Below, in pieces: positions 25,955 to 37,541 of a stretch of 64,000 nt of DNA. The translations under genes were made by a program, and so were the position numbers. The notes below the pieces were generated by a model. The model saw nothing but the letters and a program-made list of their open reading frames with translations, was not told where the DNA came from and did not search any database. Source of the stretch: Octopus sinensis (lineage: Eukaryota); the NCBI RefSeq assembly GCF_006345805.1, contig NC_043006.1, forward strand, positions 42,470,001-42,534,000, in the 5' to 3' direction. Every line of letters starts with the position of its first letter. The stretch's first letter is position 1.

Positions 25955-26008
<54 letters not shown>

Positions 26009-26068
26009 ATATATGACTGCGATTTTTTTTTCCTCCGTCTTCCCTTCTTGGATCTTTCCATTTCCTAT

Positions 26069-26103
26069 GTTTCTGACGAAGAGCTCCGCTCGAAACGTTA
26101 AAC
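26069..26103 (+). ncRNA. Minimal hammerhead motif in a PLE-like short element (26023-26225)
   Basis: GTTT-CTGACGA-A-GAGC-TCC-GCTC-GAAA-CG-T-T-AAAC; palindromic ACGT stem III. Confidence 0.75.
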
Positions 26104-26220
26104 CCTCCCCTTCTTTCCTTCTTTCCCGAGCGTCCGATAATACTATACTCGTTCCACGTTGTTGTGTTTTCTGTTTGTGTCTTCATGTTGTGTTTTCTGT
26201 TTGTGTCTTCATGTTTGGAT

Positions 26221-26288
<68 letters not shown>

Positions 26289-26390
26289 ATATAGTTAATC
26301 CAAACAAGAAAACACAGAAAAAAAACACAGCAACGCGAGACGTGGAACAATTAAAGTATTATTTGACGCTCAGGAAAGAAGGGAAGGAGG

Positions 26391-26425
26391 GTTTAACGTT
26401 TCGAGCGGAGATCTTCGTCGGAAAC
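26391..26425 (-). ncRNA. Decayed second hammerhead in an inverted copy (26294-26470)
   Basis: Minus strand reads GTTT-CCGACGA-A-GATC-TCC-GCTC-GAAACGTT-AAAC (U4C and one stem II mismatch). Confidence 0.65.
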
Positions 26426-26508
26426 AAAGGAGAAGGAAAGATCCCGAGAAGGGAAGACAGAGGAAAAAATTTTTTTCCTGGTGGTGCTCAAGAGATCACA
26501 TGTTGAAA

Positions 26509-26554
<46 letters not shown>

Positions 26555-26564
26555 ATATATATAT

Positions 26565-26682
26565 ATTAAAATTATAATTAAGGGTATCTAAAAGATACCA
26601 CCATGCTAGAGATATTAGTCAAAACTTGACTCTAAAACCACATCAGGTATTCATACAAGATACTCTTAATTATAATTTTAAT
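26565..26682. mobile_element. Small TA-inserted inverted-repeat element
   Basis: ATTAAAATTATAATTAAGGGTATC ... GATACTCTTAATTATAATTTTAAT. Confidence 0.65.
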
Positions 26683-27280
26683 AATAATTATTACCTATAA
26701 GGATTTTATTCCCATGATGGCCACTTGATATGATCGGTATTTTAAATAACGATCTTATCCTTATTCATATAAATTTATGCGTGTGTGTCTGTGTGTTTGT
26801 CTCCCCACACTATCGCTTGACACCGATGTTGATGTGTTTACCTCCTCGTAACCAAGCGGTTCGGCAAAAGAGACCGATGGAATAAGTACTAGGCTTACAA
26901 AGAATAAGTCTTGGGGGTCGATTTGTTCGACCAAAAGGCGCTGCTCCAGCATGGCCGCAGTCAAATGACTGAAACAAATAAAAGAAAAACCACAGACATG
27001 GACGTGTGGTTAAGAAGCTCGCTTTTCAACCACGGGGTATCGAGTTCGGTTTCACTGCGTGGCTCATTGGAGAAGTGTCCGGGCTGCCCAATGCCTTGTG
27101 AAGGAATATGATGAATTTGGTAGACGGAAGCTGTGTGGAAGCCCGTGCAAGAGTGGCTGTGTGGTAAGAAGTCAGCTTCTCAACCACAGATTTCCGGTTT
27201 CAGTCCCACTGGCTTCTGCTATAGATCCAGGTCAACCTTCTGAATGGACTTGGTTGATGGAAACTGAAAGAAGCTTGTCT

Positions 27281-27330
<50 letters not shown>

Positions 27331-27331
<1 letters not shown>

Positions 27332-27543
27332 GAGGTGTGTGGTGCTGAAAAGTTTCTGGCTTTAAGGATATCGCGAAAGGGCTGGTTGGAGGCCCAAGCT
27401 CTTTTACAGGACTAAGAAAAACTGAAGGATGACTGCATTAAGTGTGTGAATTTGAGAGGGGAATATGTTGAACAAAATTATAATTAAATGATCCTCCTGT
27501 ATTTTCTTTTAGCCAAAGCCAAGAACTTTTCAGTAAACCCACA
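27331..27543 (+). mobile_element. Internally deleted mariner (TIRs plus transposase C-terminus)
   Basis: TA|CGAGG..GCTGAAAAGTTTCTGGCTTT ... AAAGCCAAGAACTTTTCAG; encodes KCVNLRGEYVE. Confidence 0.8.
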
Positions 27544-27591
<48 letters not shown>

Positions 27592-27807
27592 TGTATTTGT
27601 CTCCTACCACCTCTTGGTAACCGGTGTTGGTTTATTTACATTCCCGTAATCAGCAGTCCGGATAAAATAAGTACCTGGTTCAAATCGGAGTAAGTAGTGG
27701 CGTCGATTCATTCGATTATAACGCTCCAATGCGGTCCTCCAGCTTGTCCGCAGTCTACAGACTGAAATACGTAAAAGATAAAAGACATACATATGAATGT
27801 ATGCATG

Positions 27808-27841
<34 letters not shown>

Positions 27842-28061
27842 TGAATGTATGTATGAATGTACGTACGTATGTATGTATGTATGTATATATGGATGAATGT
27901 ATGTATGTATGTATGTATGTATATATGTATGAATGTATGCATGTATGTATATATGGATGAATGTATGCATGTATGTACGTATGTATGTATATATGCATGA
28001 ATGTACGTATGCATGTATGTATGTATGCATGTATGAATGTGTGTGTATGTATGTATGTATG

Positions 28062-28093
<32 letters not shown>

Positions 28094-28596
28094 AATGAGA
28101 GTAGTACCTGTAATTCAAAGAGCTAGCCTTGTCACACTCTGTGTCATGCTAAATCTCCCTGAGAATTGCATTAAAGGTACGCGTGTCTGTGGAGTTCTCA
28201 GCCACTTGTATGTTAATTTCACAAACAAGCTCTTCCGTTAATCGGATCAACCGGAACCCTCGTCGTCGCAACCGATTTACTGCCAATTATATATACATAT
28301 ACCGTAGTGGTGGCACATGGCCTAGTGGTTAGAGCAGCGGACACGCGATCGAAGGATCGCTGGTTCGAATGTGTGTGTGTTTATGAGCGAAACACCTTAG
28401 TTCAACGCGGCTCTGGCAGAAGGTAATGGCGAACTTCTGCTGACTCTTTCGCCATAACTTTCTCTCACTCTTTCCTCCTGCATCTCGCAGCTCACCTGCC
28501 ACAGACCGGCGTCCCGTCCATGTGGGGAACCTATACGCCAAGGAAACCGGGAAACCGTTACTCGAGAAGGAACAAACAACAACAAACATATACATA

Positions 28597-30655
28597 CCGT
28601 ATATTTCCGCGTATAAGACGACCTTTAAATCATAAGATTTACCCTAAAAGTTTGGGGTCGTCTTATACCACCATTCTAAACATTAGAATTTAAATTTTAA
28701 GTGATTTTATAAATAAGCTTACCTCGACCTCGGTGCGATAAGTACAGACATACGTGAACAGATTAACAAAATTTTTTAAAATTGTAATATAGTTAATAAA
28801 AAGATTTTTACTTTATATATTATTGGCATATCTTCATAATAAATAGCCTGTTTGAGAGATAATTCTATATTTTTGAAATCAACTTTTATCTATGCGAGCT
28901 TGGCTGAGCAAATTTAAACATCGAGTCATGGTTGCGCTCGCAGTAACCTTTATATTTCGTTAACCTTTCAAAAAATTTAATGGTGATGTATAATTGTAGT
29001 AATAACATTTAGAATAACATATTTATATTTTTCATAGGTATCTATTATTATTTGGTGGTAAATAACATAATTTGGATTACACACAACCTTTATTTTTCAA
29101 TAAAATTATTTTACAGCAGTTGAATTTAAAACATAAGACATTATAATTTTTTTATTTCCTATCAAAGTAAGTAATAATAGAAAAAAAACATCAAGCCTGC
29201 CACATATAGTTATCTAAAACCCATCAAACTCCTCACAACCATCACCATCTGTTTCTAAAAGTTTCTCATACATATCAGAAGATTCGTCACATATGCCATC
29301 ATCGTAAGGATTCCTGTCTATTTCTGGTCAATCGACTTCGACTTCGTTATCGCTATTGTACAAAATATCATCTTCGGTACCATCCATGGCATTAGAGATA
29401 CTGCATTTTAAAAATGATTTTATCACATTTTCTACTTTAAATGTGTCCCATGCCTTTATAACAAAATCGCAGAGAATATCAAGTGAGGCAGCACCAAGAT
29501 AATTTTCTCCATTCATCATCCAGTTATTCCATTGCTCTCTCACATTATCTTTAAATGGTTAGTTTAAACTGACATCAAGTGGTTGCAGTATAGACGTCTA
29601 ACCATCAGAAGTAACAGCAATATCAGTACTGGTTTTACATAACCGGGTTTTAGTATTTGCCATTACATGGTTACGAAACATATCCCAAACCAATAAACTG
29701 CATTCGTTTCATATGCCACCTGGCCGCCTGTTCCAAATATTTTCAATCCATAATTTCACACCACTCTTGTCCATCTCCCCTTTCTCGTGAAAATGAACAA
29801 AAATGTCAAGAGGAAAATCTATTTTGGGTTTTGTTTTACGTTTAAAAATAACCGTGAGTTTTAATTTTGTACTGTCAGCCATGGAGGATAATACCACCAT
29901 AAACCTCGTTTTCTCATATCCTGTGCTTTTACCGAGCACTGTTTTCTTACTCCTTTCAAATCTTACGTTTTGTTACCCAGCATCTCAAAGTTTAATGGTG
30001 ATTCATCCGTATTTCCAATATGAGACAATGGAAACTGATGACGTTTTCTCAGCTGGATGATGAACTGATGAAAACTGGTTACTTTGTGATCGAGATCTCT
30101 CTGAAGCTCTTGGGCGATTTTTATTTTCTCTCTTATTACCAGATATTTCCGGTTCATAAAATGATTGCACAAGTCCACTGTTCCTTTAAAATCTTTACTT
30201 TCTTCTTTATATGATCTATATGACCCATTCTGCTACATCATTTTCTAACTTTGGCCAACGAGTGCTTTCCCTCATTCTTTCTCCACTCTCGTACCATCTT
30301 CTCGGTAACATTGAATGCTCCAGCAGCAGCGCAATTGTTCGAACTCTTGGCTACTTCTATAACTTACAATTTGAAACTAGCCACATATTTTCTTCTTTGT
30401 GCTGATGGTTACATATTGGTATAGGTATAAAATAATTATAAATTTCACTTGACTAAACAGTTTGTGACTTTATATGAAGTATAGGTAAATGGTTATTAAT
30501 ACTCCAGGCTGGCTGTAACTATTTAGAACATTTCAGTCATAAGAACCACCATTATCGTATTGTTGTTAGCTGTTGTTATGATAGCAATAAAGTTCTGATA
30601 AAGAAGAAGAAGAATCAGGTTCCCTTCTAGGCGACGTGTGTATGAAAACTCATGG
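28597..30655 (-). mobile_element. Decayed pogo/Tc2 (Kanga/POGK-like) DNA transposon
   Basis: DDE_1-type remnants IGNTDESPL, KSTGYEKTRFMVVL, KLTVIFKRK, LQPLDVSLN*PFKD, IKSFLKCSISN. Left end TA|CCGTATATTTCCGCGTATAAGACGACC with an inner inverted copy. Decayed right end at ~30629-30655 + TA (14/27 match, mostly transitions). Confidence 0.85.
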
Positions 30656-30831
30656 TATAGAAATGGATTTGTTATTTCGTTTATTTTAATTTCTAATGAT
30701 ATAGCGAATAAGAACAAAACATTTGTACTAACATCATCTTTACATGACCAACATTTGTAAAGATACCTGTTGTTGCACAGCTACTCCGTACACAGACGGT
30801 TCTGTCACTTAGCAGTCGTATTATACTACAG

Positions 30832-31451
30832 ACTAGCTTAAGGTGACCCGCTCTACGCGCGGGTAAGAGTGTGGTTGTTACTTTCTGTTGCTTCCTTTCT
30901 GTTTTTTATCACCACATTCTCCCTCTTTGTTTCTCTCTCACTTTCCCACTCTCTTACTCTTCCTTTCTATCGGACTCTCCCTCGCTTTCTCTTACTCTCT
31001 ATCTTTCTCTATCTATCTCTTTCCCATTTATAAACAACGAAAGATCTTGAGTGAGTTGAGAAACAAAATATTTTGAAAGATCAATCATAAATATCAGGCA
31101 GTGACAACGGAAAGGTCTGCTTCAAGGCAGACAGCAAAACACTAACATTTAAAAGGGACAGACGAACTTGCGAGCTGAATAAAAATGAAAAAATATTGGA
31201 AACCAAAGTTTGAAGGGATAGAATCTGAAGATAGTAGAGTCACCATGGCTGGCATTTCTTAACGACGGACAACAACGTAGTGGCAGTTTAACGGCTGGCG
31301 TAAAATTTTGAACTTGATGTAAAAGAAAATTCCTAAACACCCGCTTCTGTAAATTTTAATCCCCCTTCCAGCCCCATTTAGACCCCTTTTCATATTTTGG
31401 TTAATATAACCCTATTTCATTCGGGTCTACTCGGGCTACATTTTATAAGAT
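30832..31451 (+). mobile_element. Second Helitron/Helentron-like non-autonomous element
   Basis: 5' ACTAGC..GACCCGC-TCTAC-GCGCGGGT hairpin, internal (CT)-rich tract, 3' ...TATAAGAT. Confidence 0.5.
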
Positions 31452-31739
31452 GACCAAAACCCTTCAAGTCCATTGACTGAACCAAATGAAGGTTATCGAT
31501 AAAAGATAAACAGAAGCTAATCATGCCAAGAGATTTAGTGAAGGCTAACGATAAAAGATAAACAGAAGCTAATCTTGACAAGAGATTTATTATCTCTTCT
31601 TTCATATTCAAACTTATCAAGCATATGCTGCTCTTTAGATATTTGCGTTGGTTACAGTTTCTTATTTCTTTTATCACTTTTACTTGTTGCAGTCATTGAA
31701 CTGCGGCTATGCTGGAGTACCGCCTTGAGAGGTTTAGTC

Positions 31740-32351
31740 CAATGGTACTCTACCGGGGTCCACGTAGACCCTGAGGGTCCAAATAAGATTTTGAGGGGTC
31801 CCCATAAGCAAAATAGTAAATTGGGGATTCACAGTAGTACTTTAAAGGGGTCCATGGAAAAAAATATTTTGCTTTAGAAGAAAGAGCTAGGTTTCTTTCT
31901 CTAATGCTTTACATAGATTAACATGTTTCTTATTTCTGATTTCTTTATTGTCCACAAGGGGCTAAACACAGAGGGGACAAACAAGGACAAACGGATTAAG
32001 TCGATTAGATCGACCCCAGTGCTTAACTGGTACTTAATTTATCGACCCCGAAAGTATGAAAGGCAAAGTCGACTTCGGTGGAATCTGAACTCAGAACGTA
32101 ATGGCAGACGAAATACCGCTTAGCATTTTGCCCGGCGTGCTAACCTTTCTGCCAGCTTGCCACCTTAGTTTAACATGTTTCTGGCAACTGAAACATGTCC
32201 TCTCAGAAAGTAGTATTGCAAACCCATTCAAGTTAATGTGTGAAAAAACAAAATAAGTATGGTTTTTAAACATTGAATAGCTACGGGGGTCCACCAGAAT
32301 AAAGTAGTAGACAGAGGAGTCTATAGGTAAAAAAATGCTTGTGAACCACTG
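31740..32351. mobile_element. Non-autonomous hAT MITE with 8-bp TSD, carrying a SINE insertion
   Basis: TSD GTTTAGTC at 31732-31739 and 32352-32359; ends CAATGGTACTC.../...GAACCACTG; internal GGGGTCCA repeats. Confidence 0.85.
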
Positions 32352-33454
32352 GTTTAGTCGAACAAATCGACCACAAGGTAGTTTTTTTAAAGTTTGGTTT
32401 TTATTCTCTTGGTCAGGGGACATAAACAAACCAACACCGGTTATCAAGTGGTGTGGACACACACACACATGACAGTCTTCCACAAAGTTACCGTCAAATT
32501 CACTCACAAAGCTTTGCTCGGTCAGGGTTTTTTGACACTTGTCTAGAATGCCGCGCTGTGGGTTTGAACTTGAAACCGCATGGTTGCTAGCGAACGTCTT
32601 AACCATACAGCTATGCCTGTGCCTATATTAAATTCTCATGGAAGCCTATTAAAGGTGAGGGCTTTAATATTGATTTCAGATTTTGGTACAAGGCCAGCAG
32701 TTTTGGAGGAGGAGTTAGCCGATTAGACCGGCCCCAGCAATTAACTGGTACTTACTTTATTGACCCCGAAAGGATGAAAGGCGAAGTCAACCTCGGCAGA
32801 ATTTGAATTCAGAACGTGTAGACGGATGAAATTTCGCCAAGCATTTTGCCCAGCAAGCTAACGATTCTTTTCTACTCTAGGCACAAGGCCCAAAATTTTG
32901 GGGGCGGGGGCCGGTCGATTAGATCGACCACAGTATGCAACTGGTACTTAATTTATCGACCCCAAAAGGATGAAAGGCAAAATCAACCTCGGCGGAATTT
33001 GAACTCAGAACATAAAGACAGACGAAATGCCGCTAAGCATTTCACCTGGCGTGCCAACGCTTCTACCATCTCTCCGCTTTCCGCGTGGGTTTTAATAATG
33101 GAATTGTATTTAGATTTATATCACAAGTGCACGTAAACGAACAATAAGAAAAAAAAATACAGAGCAAAGAACCACATTACAATTTAAATTTAAAATAAAA
33201 TACTATTAACTTTATTACTGGTGTTAAAAAACCTAACACTGATATCAGTATTTGTTACCTTCAAGAAAAAAAAAAAGAAAACACATTATGTAGAATAATT
33301 TAAGATATTCAACAAGCCATTATGTTCCCGGAGCATTATTTAATAATTGAAAAATAACTAATGGCTACTTTAAAGATATCGAGCTCGGTATCGAGCAGAG
33401 TATCAAGTCGCCTCTTTTATAAATTTGCAACATATTCGGTTGTTTAGATAACAG

Positions 33455-33620
33455 TTATACTACTATGCTGAACCCTTTCTCAACCAGGTATGAGGGGGTA
33501 AAAATGCTAACAGTAATTTTGCTTCTTTCCCAAAGACAGGGATATTTTGCTGCTGAAACCACGACTCTTAATTTTTGATACAGTTCTATATTTAAGAGAT
33601 GAAGAATTATGTAAATAATG
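33455..33620 (-). mobile_element. hAT (Charlie/Buster-like) transposase C-terminal dimerisation fragment
   Basis: KYPCLWERSKITVSIFTPSYLVEKGFSIV matches the YPxLW...FPSSYLVERGFS motif. Confidence 0.72.
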
Positions 33621-35226
33621 TGCTTAATTTTTGAGTTGTTAATTTGCAATGCAAATTGAAGTAGTGATATTGAGGTGTGTATTCTGGGTTTGCTAGGTGA
33701 GCGCTGCTCGCATATCAGGGATGGTGAACTTACTATAAAGGTAGACTGAAAAGTTCATAGGCTGGTCATGGAGTGATGCAAGAGCTATGAAATCTTATAT
33801 GCATTAATTTCAGTACTTCTTATCAAAAGCCGCATTTATTTTTTCTTTTCTGGTAAAATAACATCTAACTATTCAAAAGGAAAATTCAAAAGTAACTAGT
33901 AGCGACTTACCTTAAAAATTGATAAAATTTGACACCGTCGTGTTATCAAGTACCTGCAGAAATAGTGTTTAGCTTCCCAACGACATTCACACTATAGGAT
34001 GGTCCGAAAGTCTTGTTACCCCCACCTACCAAAAAGTAATGAGAACAATAGAAGAACCATTCATATTGGGCCATCTCTCTAAGGCGGCGAGCTGGCAGAA
34101 ACGTTAGCACGCCGGGCAAATGCTAAGCGGTATTTCGTCTGCCGCTACGTTCTGAGTTCAAATTCCGCCGAGGTCGACTTTGCCTTTCATCCTTTCGGGG
34201 TCGATTAAATAAGTACCAGTTACGCACTTGGGTCGATATAATCGACTTAATCCGTTTGTCTGTCCTTGTTTGTTCTCTCTGTGTTCAGCCCCTTGTGGGT
34301 AGTATAGAAATAGGTATTTCGTCTGTCTACGTTCTGAGTTCAAATTCCGCCGAGGTCGACTTTGCCTTTCATCCTTTCGGTGTCGATTAAATAAGTACCA
34401 GTTACGCACTAGAAACGATATAATCGACTTAATCCGTTTGTCTGTCCTTATTTCTCCTCTCTGTGTTTAGCCCTTTGTGGGTAGTAAAGAAATAGGCATT
34501 TCGTCTGTCTTTACGTTCTCAGTTCAAATTCGACCTTGCTTTTCATCCTTTCGGGATCGATAAGTTAACTACCAGTTGGGGTCGATCTAAATCGACTGGT
34601 CCCCTCCCTCAAATTTCGGACCTTGTGCCTAGAGTAGAAAAGAACATTTCTACATATTAGGGAAGGGCGATTTCAAATTTGGGGATCATCAACTATTATG
34701 TAAGTCTACTCTTGAAGTGGCTGACTGCATTTGACTCAATAATCATCTTTGATCTCGGTGCTGTTTGAGCGTAAATTAATACCAATTTGAATTGATCTTG
34801 CTTGAATAAGTTCATTATCTTACTAGTTCGTTGAATAATTTCTTAGAAAATTATGTGGGCGTGTGTGTGTGTGTGTGTGTGAGTGAGATTGTATGTGTGT
34901 ATGTTTAATTCTTTTATTTCTTTATAGGTTGCAGTCATTTGGTTGAGGTCAAGGTTGAACGCCGCTTTAAAAGGAGTTTTTTTTTATTCGAAGAAATCGA
35001 TTCCAGGACTTATTCTTTGTAAGCTTAATACTTATTCTATCGGTCTGTTTTACCGAACCGCCAAGTTGCGGGGACATAAACATACTACCATCAGTTGGGA
35101 AGTGACGGTGCAGGGAAAAACACAGGCACAAAACACACACATACACATAAATACATAAATATGTATATATAAATACATACATACACACAGACATACACAC
35201 ACATATATATATATATACACACATAA

Positions 35227-35261
<35 letters not shown>

Positions 35262-35727
35262 CTGAAAGAATCCCGTTTTATATATATATATATTATATAT
35301 ATAAATATAAATATTCAACGGGCTTCTTTCAGTTTCCGTCTATCAAATCCATTCGTAAGGTTATGGTCAGTACAAGGCTATAGCAGAAGACACTTGCCAA
35401 AGGGGTCACGCAGTGAGAGTGAACCCGGAACCATGTTGTAGGAAGCAGGCTTCCTAGCACCACCCCTCCACACAGTAATTCAAAATGAATGGCGCAAAAA
35501 AAAAGTATATATGTCAGTGCTGTAATGAATATATTGCAAAAATATCGATGGAACATGAAAGGTTAACTCTTCAAGTTTCTACCGACAGCCATATATGTCC
35601 GATGTTGGCGCCCTTTGCCACACGTCTACAGGATAAATCTAGTTCTTGTCACGCCCGTGCCAGCATAGCCTCGTGAGTTGACCATCTTTGTTTTTGTACC
35701 ATTGTGTGTGTATGTGTGTGTGTGTGT

Positions 35728-35947
35728 TCTTTTATTCTTTTATTTGTTCCAGTCTGTTGACTGCGGCCATGCCGGAGCACCACCTTTAGTCGAGCAAACC
35801 GGCCCCAGGACTTATTCTTTGTAAGCCTACTACTTATTCTATCGTACTCTTTTGCCGAACTGCTAAGTAACGTGGACGTAAACACACCAACATCGGCTGC
35901 CAAGCTATGTTAGGGAGGACAAATACAGACACACAAACACATACATA

Positions 35948-36001
<54 letters not shown>

Positions 36002-36135
36002 CACAACGGGCTTCTTTCAGTTTCCGTCTACCAAATCCACTCACAAGGCTTTGGTCAGCCTGAGGCTATAGTAGAAATCACTGGCCCAAGGCACCACGCA
36101 GTGGGACTGAACCTTGAACCATGTGGTTGGTAAGT
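35728..36135 (-). mobile_element. SINE family A
   Basis: Same family; head-to-head with a + copy at ~36135-36480. Confidence 0.85.
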
Positions 36136-36235
36136 CCCACTGTGTAGTATCTTGGCCGAGTGTCATCTATTATGGTTCCGGCCCGACCAATGTGAGTTAG
36201 TTTGGTTGACGGAAATTGTGTGGAAGCCCAGGATA

Positions 36236-36271
<36 letters not shown>

Positions 36272-37541
36272 TGTCTGTGTTTGTTCGCCATTGCTTGACA
36301 ACCTATATTAGTTTATTTATTTCCCGCTCTGTAGCAGTTCGGCAAAAGTGACCGATAAAATAAGTACCAGGTTTTTAAAAAATGAAGTACTGGAATCAAT
36401 TCATTCGAAAAAAAAAAATTCCTCTAGGCGGTGCCCCAGCATGGCCACAGTCCAATGACTGAAAGAAAAGAGTGAAAGAGAGAAGAGGTGGGAGAGACTC
36501 CCAATCCGAGCATCTGCATTGAAAGAGTAGATGAAAAGTACCGGTTTGGTCTGAATGCTTGCAACATGGTGAAGTCAGCTAAAGATACGAAGAGAAAATG
36601 TGTTGGTGCTTAACCGAGCGCTGTGTTAGACCTATCAGGTTAATACCTTACAATTTCAAAGGTAAAAAAATCAGTTTGTAGATATATGCAAAATAACTGT
36701 TGAGGGTTGTGTCCAATAGATGCTATTTTGTAATTACATTTTTTACGCGCCTAAACAAGTCTTCACATTTAACAATCCAATTTCACATTGTATTTAATTT
36801 TTAGAGTATGCTTTCTCAAATTTGAATCTGTTTACGATCATGTACACACTCTGAATATTGGAGTGCGGAAACTGATTACACCAGGTTGCTCCCAGTAATA
36901 AATTACAAAGAACTAAAGGAACAGACATGTTAAAGTACGATTGAAAGAAAGGCAAGTAAGCGATTGGCTCGACGGGGCGGGTGTCATCGCTTTCATTTTT
37001 CATCCTATCATTATATCATTCGTTTTTTTTAAAAATTTTTTTGTCCCCATTTGTGTATGTCCCCTCTATGTTTAGCCCCCTGTGGGCAATAAAGAAATCG
37101 ATCATGAACACACCCATTTTTCATGTATTTACTAACTCGCAAGGATGCATTGATTAGAACATGAAGACAGTGAGCATGAAAAGTAGAGAAGCTCTCTGAG
37201 TTGTTAGACAACGATGTCACAAAATCAGACACTTTGATTTGAAACTGAAACGCAGGCATCTTCAGTTGAAATCTAAAATTATTAAAAAAAACAACAGAAA
37301 TTCATTGTTATTAAATTGTAATAGAAAATTGCTGCACGTATTCTAAGATTTTCTCAAGCTCTCACGCACACTCGTCACACAAACATATAAATAAAGCAGT
37401 AAAGCAAAAAAAAAAAAAAAAATCATAAAAATAAGAATAACAGCTTAAACCATATCAAAATACTTCACTGCAGACATCGAAGATTCGGGACAAAGCACAG
37501 CTAGCCTTTTGTGAATGTAGCATAATATTGAAATTGCCACA

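Larger units (their letters stand above)
25790..26985 (+). mobile_element. SINE family A expanded by insertions into its internal (TA)n
   Basis: Head 25790-25960 and tail 26770-26985 flank two PLE-like copies and a small inverted-repeat element. Confidence 0.85.
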
